Assembly: GCF_006345805.1 (NCBI RefSeq)
Contig: NC_043006.1
Location: 11,408,001 to 11,472,000, forward strand
Direction of reading: 5' to 3'
DNA: 64,000 nt
Source: Octopus sinensis
Taxonomy: Eukaryota
Positions 12,099 through 26,000 of this stretch are shown piece by piece. Below the pieces are notes generated by a model that saw only the letters and a program-made list of their open reading frames with translations, did no database searches and was not told the origin of the DNA. Made by a program: the position numbers and the translations under genes. How positions within the stretch are numbered: position 1 is the first letter of the stretch; each line of letters starts with the position of its first letter.

Positions 12099-14594
12099 GT
12101 TTATGTGTGTATATTTGTTTGTGTGTCTGTGTTTGTTCCCCCACCATCGCCTGACAACCGATGCTGATGTGTTTACATCCCTGTAACTTAACATTTCGGC
12201 AAAAGAGACTGATAGAATAAGTACTAGGCTTACAAAGAATAAGTCCTGGGGTCGATTTGCTTGTCTAAAGGTGGTGCTCCAGCGTGGCCGCAGTCAAATG
12301 ACTGAAACAAGCTAAAAATAAAATATATATATATAGACTGAGATGTTTGGCGATATGAGGTCCTAGGGAAGATCCATCCATGAAACTGAGTGTTTGAGTT
12401 GTGTCCCACCCACATGTAGTAACACACTTTTTGCCCAATCTACCCTAAGAAATCAAACTACAACTCCTCTTTTGAATGCATCTTTCTCTTCCTCACATTT
12501 CCTCCTCATACATTATGATTGTTTTCCAGACCCCTTTCTTGCCCTTACTGCCGTGCTCACTGTATCACTGCTCCTCCACCCACCACTACCCACACCCACT
12601 CCCTATTTTTGTCTATGGTCAATGAATGTTATTTCCTATTTGTTTCTGTCTACAGATCACAGGAAATGACTACTATTCCCTTCAAACTCTGTTTTTATGA
12701 TCTGGACAGCAATGTCTTGAAACCAACCTGTTTTCCATTACATTTGAGACAGACTCAGCACTGAGTTGCTGAAGCAGAATTTTCTAGAACTTTCTATTCT
12801 GTTCAGTATCACAGATTTGCTGATCAGTTGCCTGACCTTGACCACTTGAGTATGCCCCTTAGTGGTTGACAACATGTTCATCCCTGATCATGAGCAGGAG
12901 TAGTGGGAGAGCATAGTCATGCGCCGAGAGGGATTCTTTGGGGTTTGGATAAATGTAACGAAAGCAAAGTTTGAAGGAAATATTAACCATTTTTCATACT
13001 TTCTAGGGGTAAGTAAATAGTTTTCATACTTTTTAGGGGTAAGCAAATAGTTTTCATACTTTCTAGGGGTAAGCAAACAGGAAATAACAGTCGCTACCCA
13101 AGGACAAAAATCATGTTACACAGAGTTATTTGTTGATGCACACTGGAGGTCTGCCAAACAGATAATAAATCATTAGATGCACACAAAACTGCAAGAATAT
13201 ACAAAGGATATATATCTATACTTGTGTTGTTTTGCATGCATGTTATAAATTATTATGTTTGATCCTTTCATTACTATATTCATTTTGAGATGCTTTGCGT
13301 TTCTTTCAATTATTTTCAATATAACAAAGAATTTAGTAAAATAACAAGCCTCAAATTGTGTAGGTCTTTACCTCAATGAGTCCAAGACTGAGTATGTAAA
13401 CAAGTACCTGTCCAACAGTGGTTTCATCATCCATACTCTCAACAATACGCTCTTAAATATGGTTTCTGATTACAAATATCTTGAGTGATACATATCATCG
13501 TCTGAAAAAGATTTTCTAACTAGAAAGGGTATGGCCTGGTCAGCCTGTAATGATATGCATAAGATCTGGTCATCAAATCTAAGTAGAGACTTCAAGCTTA
13601 AAATCTTCAAAGCCACAGTCGAACCAATTCTACTATATGGCTCAGAAACCTGGACGTTATCAAAGAAGCTTGAGAGGCGGTTGGATGGAACTTACACTTG
13701 CCTCTTTATGAGAGCTCAAAATCTCTCGTGGAAGCGTCATCCAACCAAAGTACAAATATATGGGAAATTACCACCTGTATCATCTCTTGTGAAAGGTAGA
13801 AGAGTCCAGTTTGCTGGACATTGTTGTTGAGCTGAAAACGAGGTAATTTCTACTCTTGTCCTCTGTAAGCCATCAGCTCGCAATACCAGAGGGCGCACAC
13901 TCTCCTACCCTGATGTAATCTCCAGGGATACAGGCATCGAGCAACAGGACCTCCGTAATGTTATGATGGACCGTGAAGTCTGGCATAACATAGTAAATTC
14001 CATTGTCTCGACCACGGTCGAACAATGATGATGATGAGTAAACTAACTAAGTTTTCATTAAGCTAGTGTTAGAAACATAAATTAGGACTAAGGTTTGGTG
14101 GAAGATTTTAATTCAAAACTTATGAAAACAAGACATTTGTACCACAGAGCCAGAGACAGTTTCAGCCGGGTTGATAACGAAAGGGGTAAAATGTATTCTT
14201 AAAAGTCTCTGGTTTTTATGCTATTTTTAAAATTGTTTCATAACCGTGGATATTTTTCAAACATATCTATTTTCTTTAGTTAGATGAACTATTTGAGTTA
14301 CGAGCCTTCTTGAAATATAAATTACTTTCTGCTGAACTGGAACATACTGATACGAGTCTGCAAATTATGAGGTTAGTAGCTTATTAATTTCTGATACTCT
14401 TTCTCTTTACTTGTTTCAGTCATTTGACTATGGCCATGCTGGAGCACCACCTTTAGTCGAGCAAATCGACCCCGGCACTTATTCTTTGTAAGCCCAGTAC
14501 TTATTCTATCGGTCTCTTTTGCCGAACCGCTAAGTGACGGGGACGTAAACACACCAGCATCGGTGGTCAAACAATGCCAGGGGGACAAACACAA

Positions 14595-14635
<41 letters not shown>

Positions 14636-15245
14636 CATATATACGACAGGCTTCTTTCAGTTTCCGTCTACCAAATCCACTCACAAGGCATTGGTCGGCC
14701 CGGGGCTATAGCAGAAGACACTTGCCCAAGATGCCACGCAGTGGGACTGAACCCGGAACCATGTGGTTGGTTAGCAAGCTACTTACCACACAGCCACTCC
14801 TGCGCCTGATGTTTTTTATTTCTTTAAATGTATGAAATGAACATTTCATTCCAAATCAGACTGGAGTCGGGTGTGGTCCCTCAGCTTGCCAGCCCTGGTC
14901 AAACCATCCAACCCATTCCAGCATGGACCAGGGACACTAAATGATGACGATGATGATGAATAAGCTCATGATGTTATGCATCTGTTCTTTTCCCTGCTTT
15001 GCCTTGCTGCCTACTTGGCAACCTCTCTGGTGTTGGTGCCACATAAAAAGCACTCAGTACACTCTGTCGAGTTGTTGGCATTTGGAAGGGCATCCAGCCA
15101 TGGAAACCATGCCAAAGCCGACGTCAGAGCTCAGCATGGCCCCACAGCTTGCTGGATCCTGTCAAACAGTTCATTACATGCCTACATGGCGAATGGACTT
15201 TAAATAATAATGACTTACTACTTCTACTACTACTACTACTACTAT

Positions 15246-15291
<46 letters not shown>

Positions 15292-18200
15292 ACTACTACT
15301 ACCACCACCACCACTACTACTTTTACTACTACAGCTGCTGCTGCTACTACTACTACTACTACTACTACTACTGCTGCTGCTACTATTACTACTACTTACT
15401 ACTACTACAGCTACTACCACCACTACTACTACTACTACAGCTGCTGCTGCTACTACTACTACTACTACTATACTACTACTACTACTACAACTGCTGCTAC
15501 TATTACTACTACTACTACTACAGCTACTGCTGCTGCTATTATTACTACTGCTGCTACTATTACTACTGCTACTACTTTTGCACCACTTGTTTTTGATACA
15601 TAAGAACTACAACTATAATATCCCCCATGCATTCTCAGAAGGTCTAAGGAATTAGAATGTGGGAGGCCCTTAAAGTTTAAAATAAAAAAAAACATTGGTA
15701 AACCTTAATGAGAAGAAAAAAGCTGAAGTCAAGAATGGTCAAAGATATATTGTGCTGGAAAAGAAATGGATATACCATTCGTCATCATTGTTTTGATGTC
15801 CACTTCTTCAGGCTTCCATAGATCAGATGGAATTCAGTGAGGAAGATTTGCGATGGTTGGATGATGTCCTTCCTGTTGTCAGCCCTCACTTGTTTCCAAA
15901 CAAGGTCATATTTCACCATCACTGGACAAACGAACAACAATGCCTGTATAACAGTGATACTGTATTTACATTATTTACAATCGACGGATATTTGTCCTCA
16001 TCTTGTTTGTTGTTAACACAACATTTCGGCTGATATACCCTCCAGCCTTCATCAGGTGTCTTGGGGGAAATTTCGAACCTGGCTTCTCATTCCTAAGGTA
16101 TTTGTTGTTGATGTTGCTGTTGCTGCTGCTGTTGTTGTTGTTGTTCGTAGTTTGGGGACACAGACACACAAACACACACGCATATATAAATATGCATATA
16201 TACGACAGGCTTCTTTCAGTTTCCGTCTACCAAGGCTTTGATCGGCCCGAGGCTATAGTAGAAGACACTTGCCCAAGGTGTTACACAGTGGGACTGAACC
16301 TAGAACCATGTGGTTGGTAAGCAAGCTACTTACCACACAGCTACTCATTGCTAAATTTGTTTTCACTTTGGAATAAACAATATGAAAGAATAATGTTCTG
16401 TTTCATTCCTGTAGATCCCAAGCTCATTCCTTCAGTGTGTCAACTATGGCTTCATTTTTTTTCTGCTACTGGGTTCACTATGAGTCAGATATCTCTATAT
16501 ATATAAACGGCAAAATGTCTGTGTGCGTGTCATCATCATCATCATCATCATCATCGTTTAACGTCCGCTTTCCATGCTAGCATGGGTTGGACGGTTCAAC
16601 TAGGGTCTGGGGAGTCCGAAGGCTGCACCAGGCCAGTCAGATCTGGCAGTGTTTCTACAGCTGGATGCCCTTCCTAACGCCAACCACTCCGAGAGTGTAG
16701 TGGGTGATTTTATGTCCCACCGACACAGGTGCCAGATGAGGCTGGCGAACGGCCACGCTTGGATGGTGTTTTTTTTATGTGCCACCAACACAGGTGCCAG
16801 ACGAGGCTGGCGAACAGCCACGATCGGATGGTGTTTGTTACGTGCCCACAGCACGGAGGCCAGTCGATGCGGTACTAGCTACGGCCACGTTCGGATGGTT
16901 TTCTTATGTGCCACCGGCACTGGTACCACAAAGATACAAATTCCATTGATGTTCATCTATTTTGATTTGGTTTGATTTTAGTTTGATTTTCACTTGCCTC
17001 CACAGGTCTTCACAAGTGTCACAAGAAGGAAGGTATGCACAGGTGGACTGACTACGTCCCAGGTAGGGACCACGGGTTATGGCCTCACTAGTCTTGCCGG
17101 GTCTTCTCACGCACAGCATACTTCCATAGGTCTCGGTCTCTAGTCATTTCCTTGGTGAGACCTAAAGTTCGAAGGTCGTGCTTCACCACCTCGTCCCAGG
17201 TTTTCCTGGGTCTACCTCTTCCACAGGTTCCCTCAACTGCTAGGGTGTAGCACTTTTGCACACAACTATCTTCAGCCATTCTCGTCACATGACCATACCA
17301 GTGCAGCCGTCTCTCTTGCACACCACAACTGATGCTTCTTAGGTTCAACTTTTCTCTCAAGGTACTTACACTCTGTCGATTATGAACACTGACATTACAC
17401 ATCCATCGGAGCATACTGGCTTCATTTCTTGCGAGCTTACGCATATCCTCAGCAGTCACGGCCCATGTTTCACTACCATGTAGCATGGCTGTACATACAT
17501 ATGCGTCATACAGTCTGCCTTTTACTCTGAGCGAGAGGCATCTTGTCACCAGCAGGGGTAAGACTTCTCTAAACTTTGCCCAGGCTATTCTTACTCTAGC
17601 CATTACACTTTCAGCACACCCACCCCAACTACTGACTTGGTCACCTAGGTAGCGGAAGCTATCAACTACTTCTAGTTTGTCTCCCTGGAACGTGGTAGAA
17701 GTTGGTCTCTGCACATTTCCAGTGTTTATTGCTCCTGAGCATCTGCCACAGACAAAAATTATTTTCCTAGTTAGCCTTCCTTTGACATTGCTGCACCTCT
17801 TATGTCCATAGCTTACACTTGGTGCACCTTATAGAGTTTCTACCTACACGTTTTTTACAGATCAAGCAGGGCCATCTACCTGAAGTCGTTTGTGATTGGT
17901 CCATACAAATCCCCAATTTTTCAGTTAGAGGGCTTGCACTTTCTATGGTCATTCAAAACCATCCAAGGGTGGTCGTGCACATCTTTACATTCCCCCAGTC
18001 ACCCCACAAAGCCATTAAAAAAATCAATAGAAGTGACTTTTTTGTGAATTTTCTATCCAAAACCCAATCAAAATGCCCGAAACTTGATACGCTAATTGTG
18101 TGCACGCATGCAGCTGTATATGCACTATGACCCAGCAACTAATAAGATGCTAGGATCAGTTCTATTAACTATAATCCTTCATTACTTGTATCATCTGTGG

Positions 18201-20030
18201 TCCCAAGGAAGAAATTTACATTTCTTTTGTCTTACCATATAATTTCAGACCAAACAGGGAAGTTCCTGAAGAGAAGAAAACTAATTATATTAAAAATGGT
18301 ATGAACCCTGAGAAAAAATGCATGCAAGTACATTATTTAAAAGTAAGTTAATTCCTTATATTCTTTAAATGGTTTCATTTGTTCATTTCATTAAATCGTC
18401 AAATAAATTTGGTTTCTTTTTTCCATTATTTTAATTTTGAATTTCATTAACAATTTTAACAATTCAGTCAATAATATAAAATTATTAACCATCTTACAAA
18501 CAATAACTCTGAGCACCTTTTCAAACTCCACCTGTCTAACACCCATGGACATGTTTACAAAGCCAGAAAACAGCACAGCTCCCATGACTTTCGGAAACAT
18601 TTTTTCATGCTAAGAGTTGCTGAAGCATGGAACAAACTACCGGCATCAGTTGTTAGTTGTCGGAGCACTGCATCCTTCAAAACTTCCATGCTTCCTGAGA
18701 TTCACCAACACTACACCTGATTTTCTCCCCTCCATACACACGCAAGCATGTATCTGACTCATACACTGTTCACTTCCCAGACATTTGTACATTACTGCAT
18801 ATGCTTTATATGCACTTTTGACAAGTTGTGGTGCACCTGAGCACTGTATACAATAATTTCATTATCATTATATTATTATTATTATATTCTCTTTCGTTGT
18901 TCATTACTTCTTACTAATGTTCCACTAATTGGTTTGTCAATGCCTTGATGGTAGAAATCACCAGGTCTTGACTTAAATCTTTAAACCGTGTTTTCAGTTC
19001 CGCGTCATTGTTGAATCAAAGCACCTTGTAGAGCTTTCCTTCTGAGCTCTTGAATAGCATTTTTGGTCAAATTAGCAATATGGAAGAGGGATAGGGGTGA
19101 CTGTTGTTGTTTTGAAGAAGCTCACTATGTTGCCAGTTGAATCATTTCAGCTGGGTTGCCCATTGAGTGAAGGGGACAGGCAACAGTAATATGAGAGCAC
19201 CTGTTATGCCAGTTCTCTTGCAGATTGGCATGGACCCTCATAGATGACCTTGTACAGTTGGTCCTTATTGGACTGAACCTGTGAGCCTGGATGCAGAGAG
19301 TCTGTGAGGTTGAATTTCCCCTCATCATCATCATCATCATTTAACGTCCGTTTTCCATGCTAGCATGGGTTGGACGGTTCGACCAGGGTCTAGAAGCCAT
19401 GTAGACTGCACCAGGCTCCAGTTTCTACAGCTGGATGCCCTTCCTAACGCCAACCACTCCGTGAGTGTAGTGGGTGTTTTTTACATGCCACCGGCACAGG
19501 GGCCAGAGCAGGCTGGCAAACGGCCACGATCAGTTGGTGCTTTTATGTGTCACCAGCACAGGTATCATAACTACAATTTCCATTTGAATTTTTATTTGAT
19601 GTTGATGTACTTGACTCAACAGGTCTCCTCAAGAACAGCGGGTCACTCTACGATCCAAGGTTAGCACAGCAGGCCGTCCTGCAAGCCATGAACTCACTTC
19701 ATTTGTCGGGTCTTCGAAGTCACAGCATATCTCCAGAGGTTTCAGTCTTTCGTCATAGCCTCTGTGAGACTCAAAGTATGAAGGTCATGCTTGATTACTT
19801 CATCCTATGTCTTCCTGGGCCTACCTCTACCCTGGATTATTTTCCCTCCTTGATTAAAAACCATTCTCTACAGTTCTTTCAGTAATATTGCCTTCTCCAA
19901 ACATACCACATATGTCTTGAGTGGCTTTGGTAGCTATGGAACCTCAACTGAAAGCAAAGAGAAACAGGTATTGAAAAAGCTCATTTTTCTTTTTTGAACT
20001 TGGTACTCTTTCTCTCTCCCTCTCTCTCTC

Positions 20031-20063
<33 letters not shown>

Positions 20064-23000
20064 CACCATATACCTCCTCTATAGCAAAACACCTGTTTCT
20101 GTCTCTCCGTCACACTCGAACTGTTCACCTGACACAAGATTACCCTCAATGCCCCTTCTCCTCTCAAAGGATCTTTGTCTTGCATGTTACTTAGTAACCT
20201 TACCACTGTTAGTGCCATATCTCATTTAAAAAGTCATCATCATCATCATCATCATCATCGTTTAATGTCCACTTTCCATGCTAGCATGGGTTGGATGGTT
20301 TGACTGAGGGCTGGCAAACCAGATGGCCGCACCACGCTTCAATCTTGATTTGGCAGAGTTTCTACAGCTGGATGCCCTTCTTAACACCAACCACTCCGAG
20401 AGTGTAGTGGGTGCTTTTTACATGCCACCGGCATGGGGGCCCATTAAAAAAAGTGTTAAAATTTTAACAAATTTCAAAAATGAACAAAAGTTGTAGAAGA
20501 ATGGCGCTAAAAAAAACCCCATAAAACACTACAATAAAAATATTTTTCATGATTATTCAAATAACATCGGAAAGAAATGAAGATATTTATCAGACAACCG
20601 AATACGTCCATTTTTCATTGTTGGTATGAGTTAGGTGAATACATTAATGAGGCATTGATTTGTAGCTGGATATCTTCCCTTCCTGTTGCTAAATCGTACT
20701 TATTTTCAAGTAAGGGATCATTTATTTTTACACATCTTTGAAGGTGTGAAGCAAGCAGACAATTTGTCAGCAGTAGTGATGACAACAGCACTGAATATAG
20801 TGGGTGTCTTTTGTAGAAAGCAAATGTAACCACACACGCTCTCACACACACACACTCACATGTATGCACACGTACATATAATGGGCTACTTTCATTTTCC
20901 ATCTACCAAATTTGCAGGGCTGTACTTGCCTCCTCAGACAAAATTTAAAAACAAGAAACTGAGATAGGTGCTGGAGTGGCTGTGTGGTAAGTAGCTTGCT
21001 TACCAGCCACATGGTTCTGGGTTCAGTCCCACTGCATGGCACCTTGGGCAAGTGACTTCTACTATAGCATCGGGCTGACCAAAGCTTGTAAGTGGATTTG
21101 GTAGACAGAAACTGAAAGGAGTCTGTTGTATATATGTATATATATATGTGTGTGTGTGTTTGTGTGTCTGTTTGTACCCCCAACATCACTTGACAACTGC
21201 TGCTGGTTTGTTTACGTCCCCATAACTTAGCGGTTCGGCAAAAGAGACCGGTGGAATAAGTACTAGGCTTACAAAGAATAAGTCCTGGGGGTCGATTTGC
21301 TCGACTAAAAGCAGTGCTGCAGCATGGCCACAGTCAAATGACTGAAACAAGTAAAAAGAGTAAAGAGATAATTGCAAAAAAAAAGAAAAGAACAGGAAAA
21401 ATTATCCTGTTTTCAACTTACTGTATGTCATAGGTTGCCATATAATGAAATGGTGAAAATTTTCCAAGATCGTATCCCTGGTATGTATGAGGCATGGTTC
21501 AAAGAATTCAAATATCCATTTTTCTACAAAACACAGTGATCATCATCATCGTTTAACGTCCGATTTCCATGCTAGCAAGAGTTGGATGGTTTGACTGGGG
21601 TCTGGGAAGCCAGGAGGCTGCACCAGGCCCAGTCTGATCTGGTAATGTTTCTACAGCTGGATGTCCTTCCTAACGCCAACCACTCCATGAGTGTAGTGGG
21701 TGCTTTTTACGTGCCACCAGCACAGGTGCCAGACGGGGCTGGCAACAGCCACAATCGGTTGGTGCTTCTTACATGCCACCGGCACGGAAGCCAGTCAAGG
21801 TGGCGCTGGCATCAATCATGTACGGATGGTGCTTTTTACGTGCCACTAGCTCAGGTGCCAGGGGAGGCTGGCAATGGTCACGATCGGTTGCTGCTTTTTA
21901 CGTGCCACCAGCACGGCAGCCAGTCAAGGCGGCGCTGGCATCGGCCATTAAGTCAACTTATTGTGTTTTGTTGGAGGACAGCACTATAACAGAAGACACT
22001 TACCCAAACCAAAATACTGTACTGTGGGATTAAACCTATAACCATTCGCTTCAGAAGAAAACTTTTGAAACACACATCCATGCCTGTGTCTGTACTTATT
22101 TGTGTTTATTTAATGATATTAGGTCCATTTATGCTTATAAAAAAAACAACAAAAAATCTTATATTTTCGTTATTTTTTTGTGCCCTTCCATCTTTGGGTC
22201 TCACGTAAGCATTGACGTGTGACAGACCTTTCGCAATATATTGTACTTGAGAAGACCTGCCAAGCCAAGAGAGATTGCAATTGTGGCTGATGCCTGTGTT
22301 TCGTAACTGTCACCTGTGCCGGTGGCACGTAAAAAGCACCCACTACACTATTGGAGTGGTTGACATTAGGAAGGGCATCCAGTTGTAGAAACCCTGTCAA
22401 ATCAGATTGAACCTGGTACAGCTCCCCAGCTTACCAGTTTCCAGTCCAACCGTCCAACCCATGCCAGCATGGAAAACAGACAGTAAATGACGACGATGAT
22501 GATGGCGATATTACCAACCGTTTTTCCTGGAAAACTCTTTTGCTTGTTTTGCAATATGCTTGCGATGAAGATAATATTTCCACAAAGGATTATGGTCGGG
22601 TCGCTCAGGGTTCTCTCCCTTACCTTTTAACTATTGTCCATGGCAGTCTGGCACTCTGTTGGTTATTATGACAATGAAGGTTCCAATTGATCCGATCAAC
22701 AAAAACAGCCTGCTTGTGAAATTAACATGCAAGAGGCTGAGCACTCCATAGCCACGCATACCTATTTCATTACTACCCACAAGGGGCTAAACGCAGAGAG
22801 GACAAACAAGGACAGATAAACAGATTAAGTCAATTATATCGACCCCAGTGCATAACTTGTACTTAATTTATCTACCCTGAAAGGATGAAAGGCAAAGTCG
22901 ACCTCAGCGGAATTTGAACTCAGAAGGTAAAGACAGATGATATAACTATTTCTTTACTACCCACAAGGGACTAAACATAGAGTGGACAAACTAGGACAGA

Positions 23001-26000
23001 CAAACGGATTAAGTTGCTTACATCGACTCCAGTGCGTAACTGATACTTAATTTATGGACCCTGAAAGGATGAAAGGCAAAGTCGACCTCAGTGGAATTTG
23101 AACTCAGAATGTAACGGCAGACGAAATACGGCTACACATTTCGCCCGGCGTGCTAATGGTTCTGCCAGCTCACCACCCTTAACTTGGTTCTCAGGGAGAT
23201 TCAGCATGTCACAGAATGCGACAAGGCTGGCCCTTTGAAATACAGGAACAACTCATTTTTTTTTCAGTTGAGTATTCTGGAGCAATGTGTAATAATGCGT
23301 CTTGCTTAAGGACACTACGCACCACCAGAAAACGATCTCATGACCTTCCGACTGTGAGCCAAATACCCTAACCATTAAGATACACACCATCACTTCAAGC
23401 CAGTTTACTATATGGCTCAGAAACATGGACGTCATCAAAGAAGCTTGAGAGGCGGCTGGATGGAACTTACACTCGCCTCCTTATGAGAGCTCAAAAGCTC
23501 TCGTGGAAGCATCATCCAACCAAAGTACAAATATATGGGAAGCTACCACCTGTATCATCTCTTGTGAAAGATAGAAGAGTCCAGTTTGCTGGACATTGTT
23601 GTAGAGCTGAAAACGAGGTAATTTCTACTCTTCTCCTCTGGAAGCCATCTGCTCACGATACCAGAGGGCGCACACTCTCCTACCCTGATGTAATCTCCAG
23701 AGATACAGGCATCCAGCAACAGGACCTCCGTACTGCTATGATGGACCGTGAAGTCTGGCGTAACATAGTAAATTCCATTGTCTCGACCACGGTCGAACAA
23801 TGATGATGACAACTGAAATCATAAGCAACACTCTGAGATCTGTTTTGTGGATGTTGGTGTGGGTTTATTTCAGCCTAAAACTGTTCCCCTATATCAGTGT
23901 AACATACATGCTGCATACACGTCTGACAGGGAGCTGGAATGCAAAGGCTCTCAAGCACTTTGACTTTGTATTGCTTTGGAAATCTTTATTACCAGTATTT
24001 TAGCAATCAGTTTTCTACGTTTGCATGAGTCAGACAAAATTTGTTAGGGCAGATTTTCTGAGGTTGGATACCCTAACCTATTTCCAAGCAAGATACTATT
24101 TACCCCGGTGGCTCATAAAAAGCACCCACTACACCCTCGGAGTCGTTGGCGTTAGGAAGGGCATCCAGCTGTAGAAACTCTGCCAGATCAAGATTGGAGC
24201 CTGGTGCAGCCATCTGGTTCACCAGCCCTCAGTCAAAATCGTCCAACCCATGCCAGCATGGAAAGTGGACGTTAAACGATGATGATGACGGCGGCGGCGA
24301 CGACGACAACGACAACCACGACCAGATATGTTTTTATAGAATATTGGAGATGAATGACATTGCCTGTATGACAGTGACGCTCGTTTATAAATATACATGT
24401 AAGAAGCTTTTCATGTATGCGTCCGCGTGCGCACACACACACCACACTCACACACACACACCACACTCACACACACACACACAGATACATGCATGACAAT
24501 CTTATTTCAGTTCCTGTTTATCAAATCTATTCACAAAGATTTGATTGTCTCAGTGTTAGAGTAGAAGACACATGCCAAAGGTGCCATGCAATGGGACTGA
24601 ACCCAGCACCATAGATGTGCAGGAATATCAGTTTGCATCTGACTTTAGCTTTTGATCAGCTGTCAAGGTGTTCCCCTAAGTTTAGAAGGCGGTTCCTGCA
24701 GTGGCTGCTGCTGCTATTTTATTCAATCATATATTTTATTGATAAGCTTTCATTCATGTCATTTTCTGCTTGTGTGTGTGCATATGCACACACACACACA
24801 CACACATACACACACACACTGATATTTATCATTCATTTTGTTTTTTTCAGGGTTATTTCCTTCTCAGGTACCTTGCACAAATCGTCGGAATGGAACAGTT
24901 TCAGGATTTCCTCAGAGTTTATGTCACTAAGTACCATGGTCAACTTGTGACCTCTCAGGTAAAGAATTGACATAAAATATTTGTTACTGATTGCATATAG
25001 ACATCCTTGTTACTTATTTGCTTTTTATTCACCTTACTTCGAGCAGTGTGCAGGCGCGTGGCTTAGTGGTTAGGGTATCAGCACCATGGTCATAAGATTG
25101 TGGTTTCGATTCCTGGACTGGGTGATGCGTTGTGTTCTTGAGCAAAACACGTCATTTCATGTTGCTCCAGTCCACTCAGCTGGCAAAAATGAGTAACACT
25201 GCAATGGACTGGCGTCCCATCCACCTGGGGAACACATACGACATAGAAACCGGGAAACTAGGCTCATGAGCCTGGCTAGGCTTTAAAAAGGGCGCATTTA
25301 TTTATTTTTACTTTGAGCAGTGCAGATAATACCAGACTGACTTGGTGCCTCAACTTAAGTACTTAATTCAACTGAATCATAATTATTTTATATATATATA
25401 TATATGTGTGTCTGTGGAGGCACAATGGCCCAGTGGTTAGGGCAGCGGACTTGCGGTCGGAGGATCGCAGTTTCGATTCTCAGACCGGGCGTTGTGAGTG
25501 TTTATTGAACGAAAACACCTAAAGCTCCATGAGGCTCCGGCAGGGGATGGTGGTGATCCCTGCTGTAATCTTTTACCGCAACTTTCTCTCACTCTTTCTT
25601 CTGTTGGCCTGTTTGCTTAGCCTGCAGGGTGGCGTCATTTGAAGGCTAAAACAATGCAAAGCGCATTGTGACCAGTGATGTGTAGCAACATCTGATAGCC
25701 TGGTTGGTCACGGATATATATATATATATATACTGATTTTCCATTACATAATTCTTTCACAGCTGCAAGGCCTCCTTATTAGGGTTGATTAAACAGATCT
25801 ATGTCAGTTCATAGTCAGTTCATTAAATGTGTTGATGGCTTTTATAATTCACTGAGACAAAGGGGTATCAAAGACTTTGTTTTCATGCTATATATACCCA
25901 GATGCGACTAAGTTCATCAGTACCCATTTTACCCCATTCACTGCAGCCACCTCACAACTCCTGTCTAACCATCTGTCACACTCTCATAAACTTACCTACT

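Noticed and set aside
15124-15695. Long poly-Ser/Leu/Tyr/Thr ORFs
   Set aside because: They arise from a trinucleotide microsatellite that is open in several frames, with no splice or domain support.
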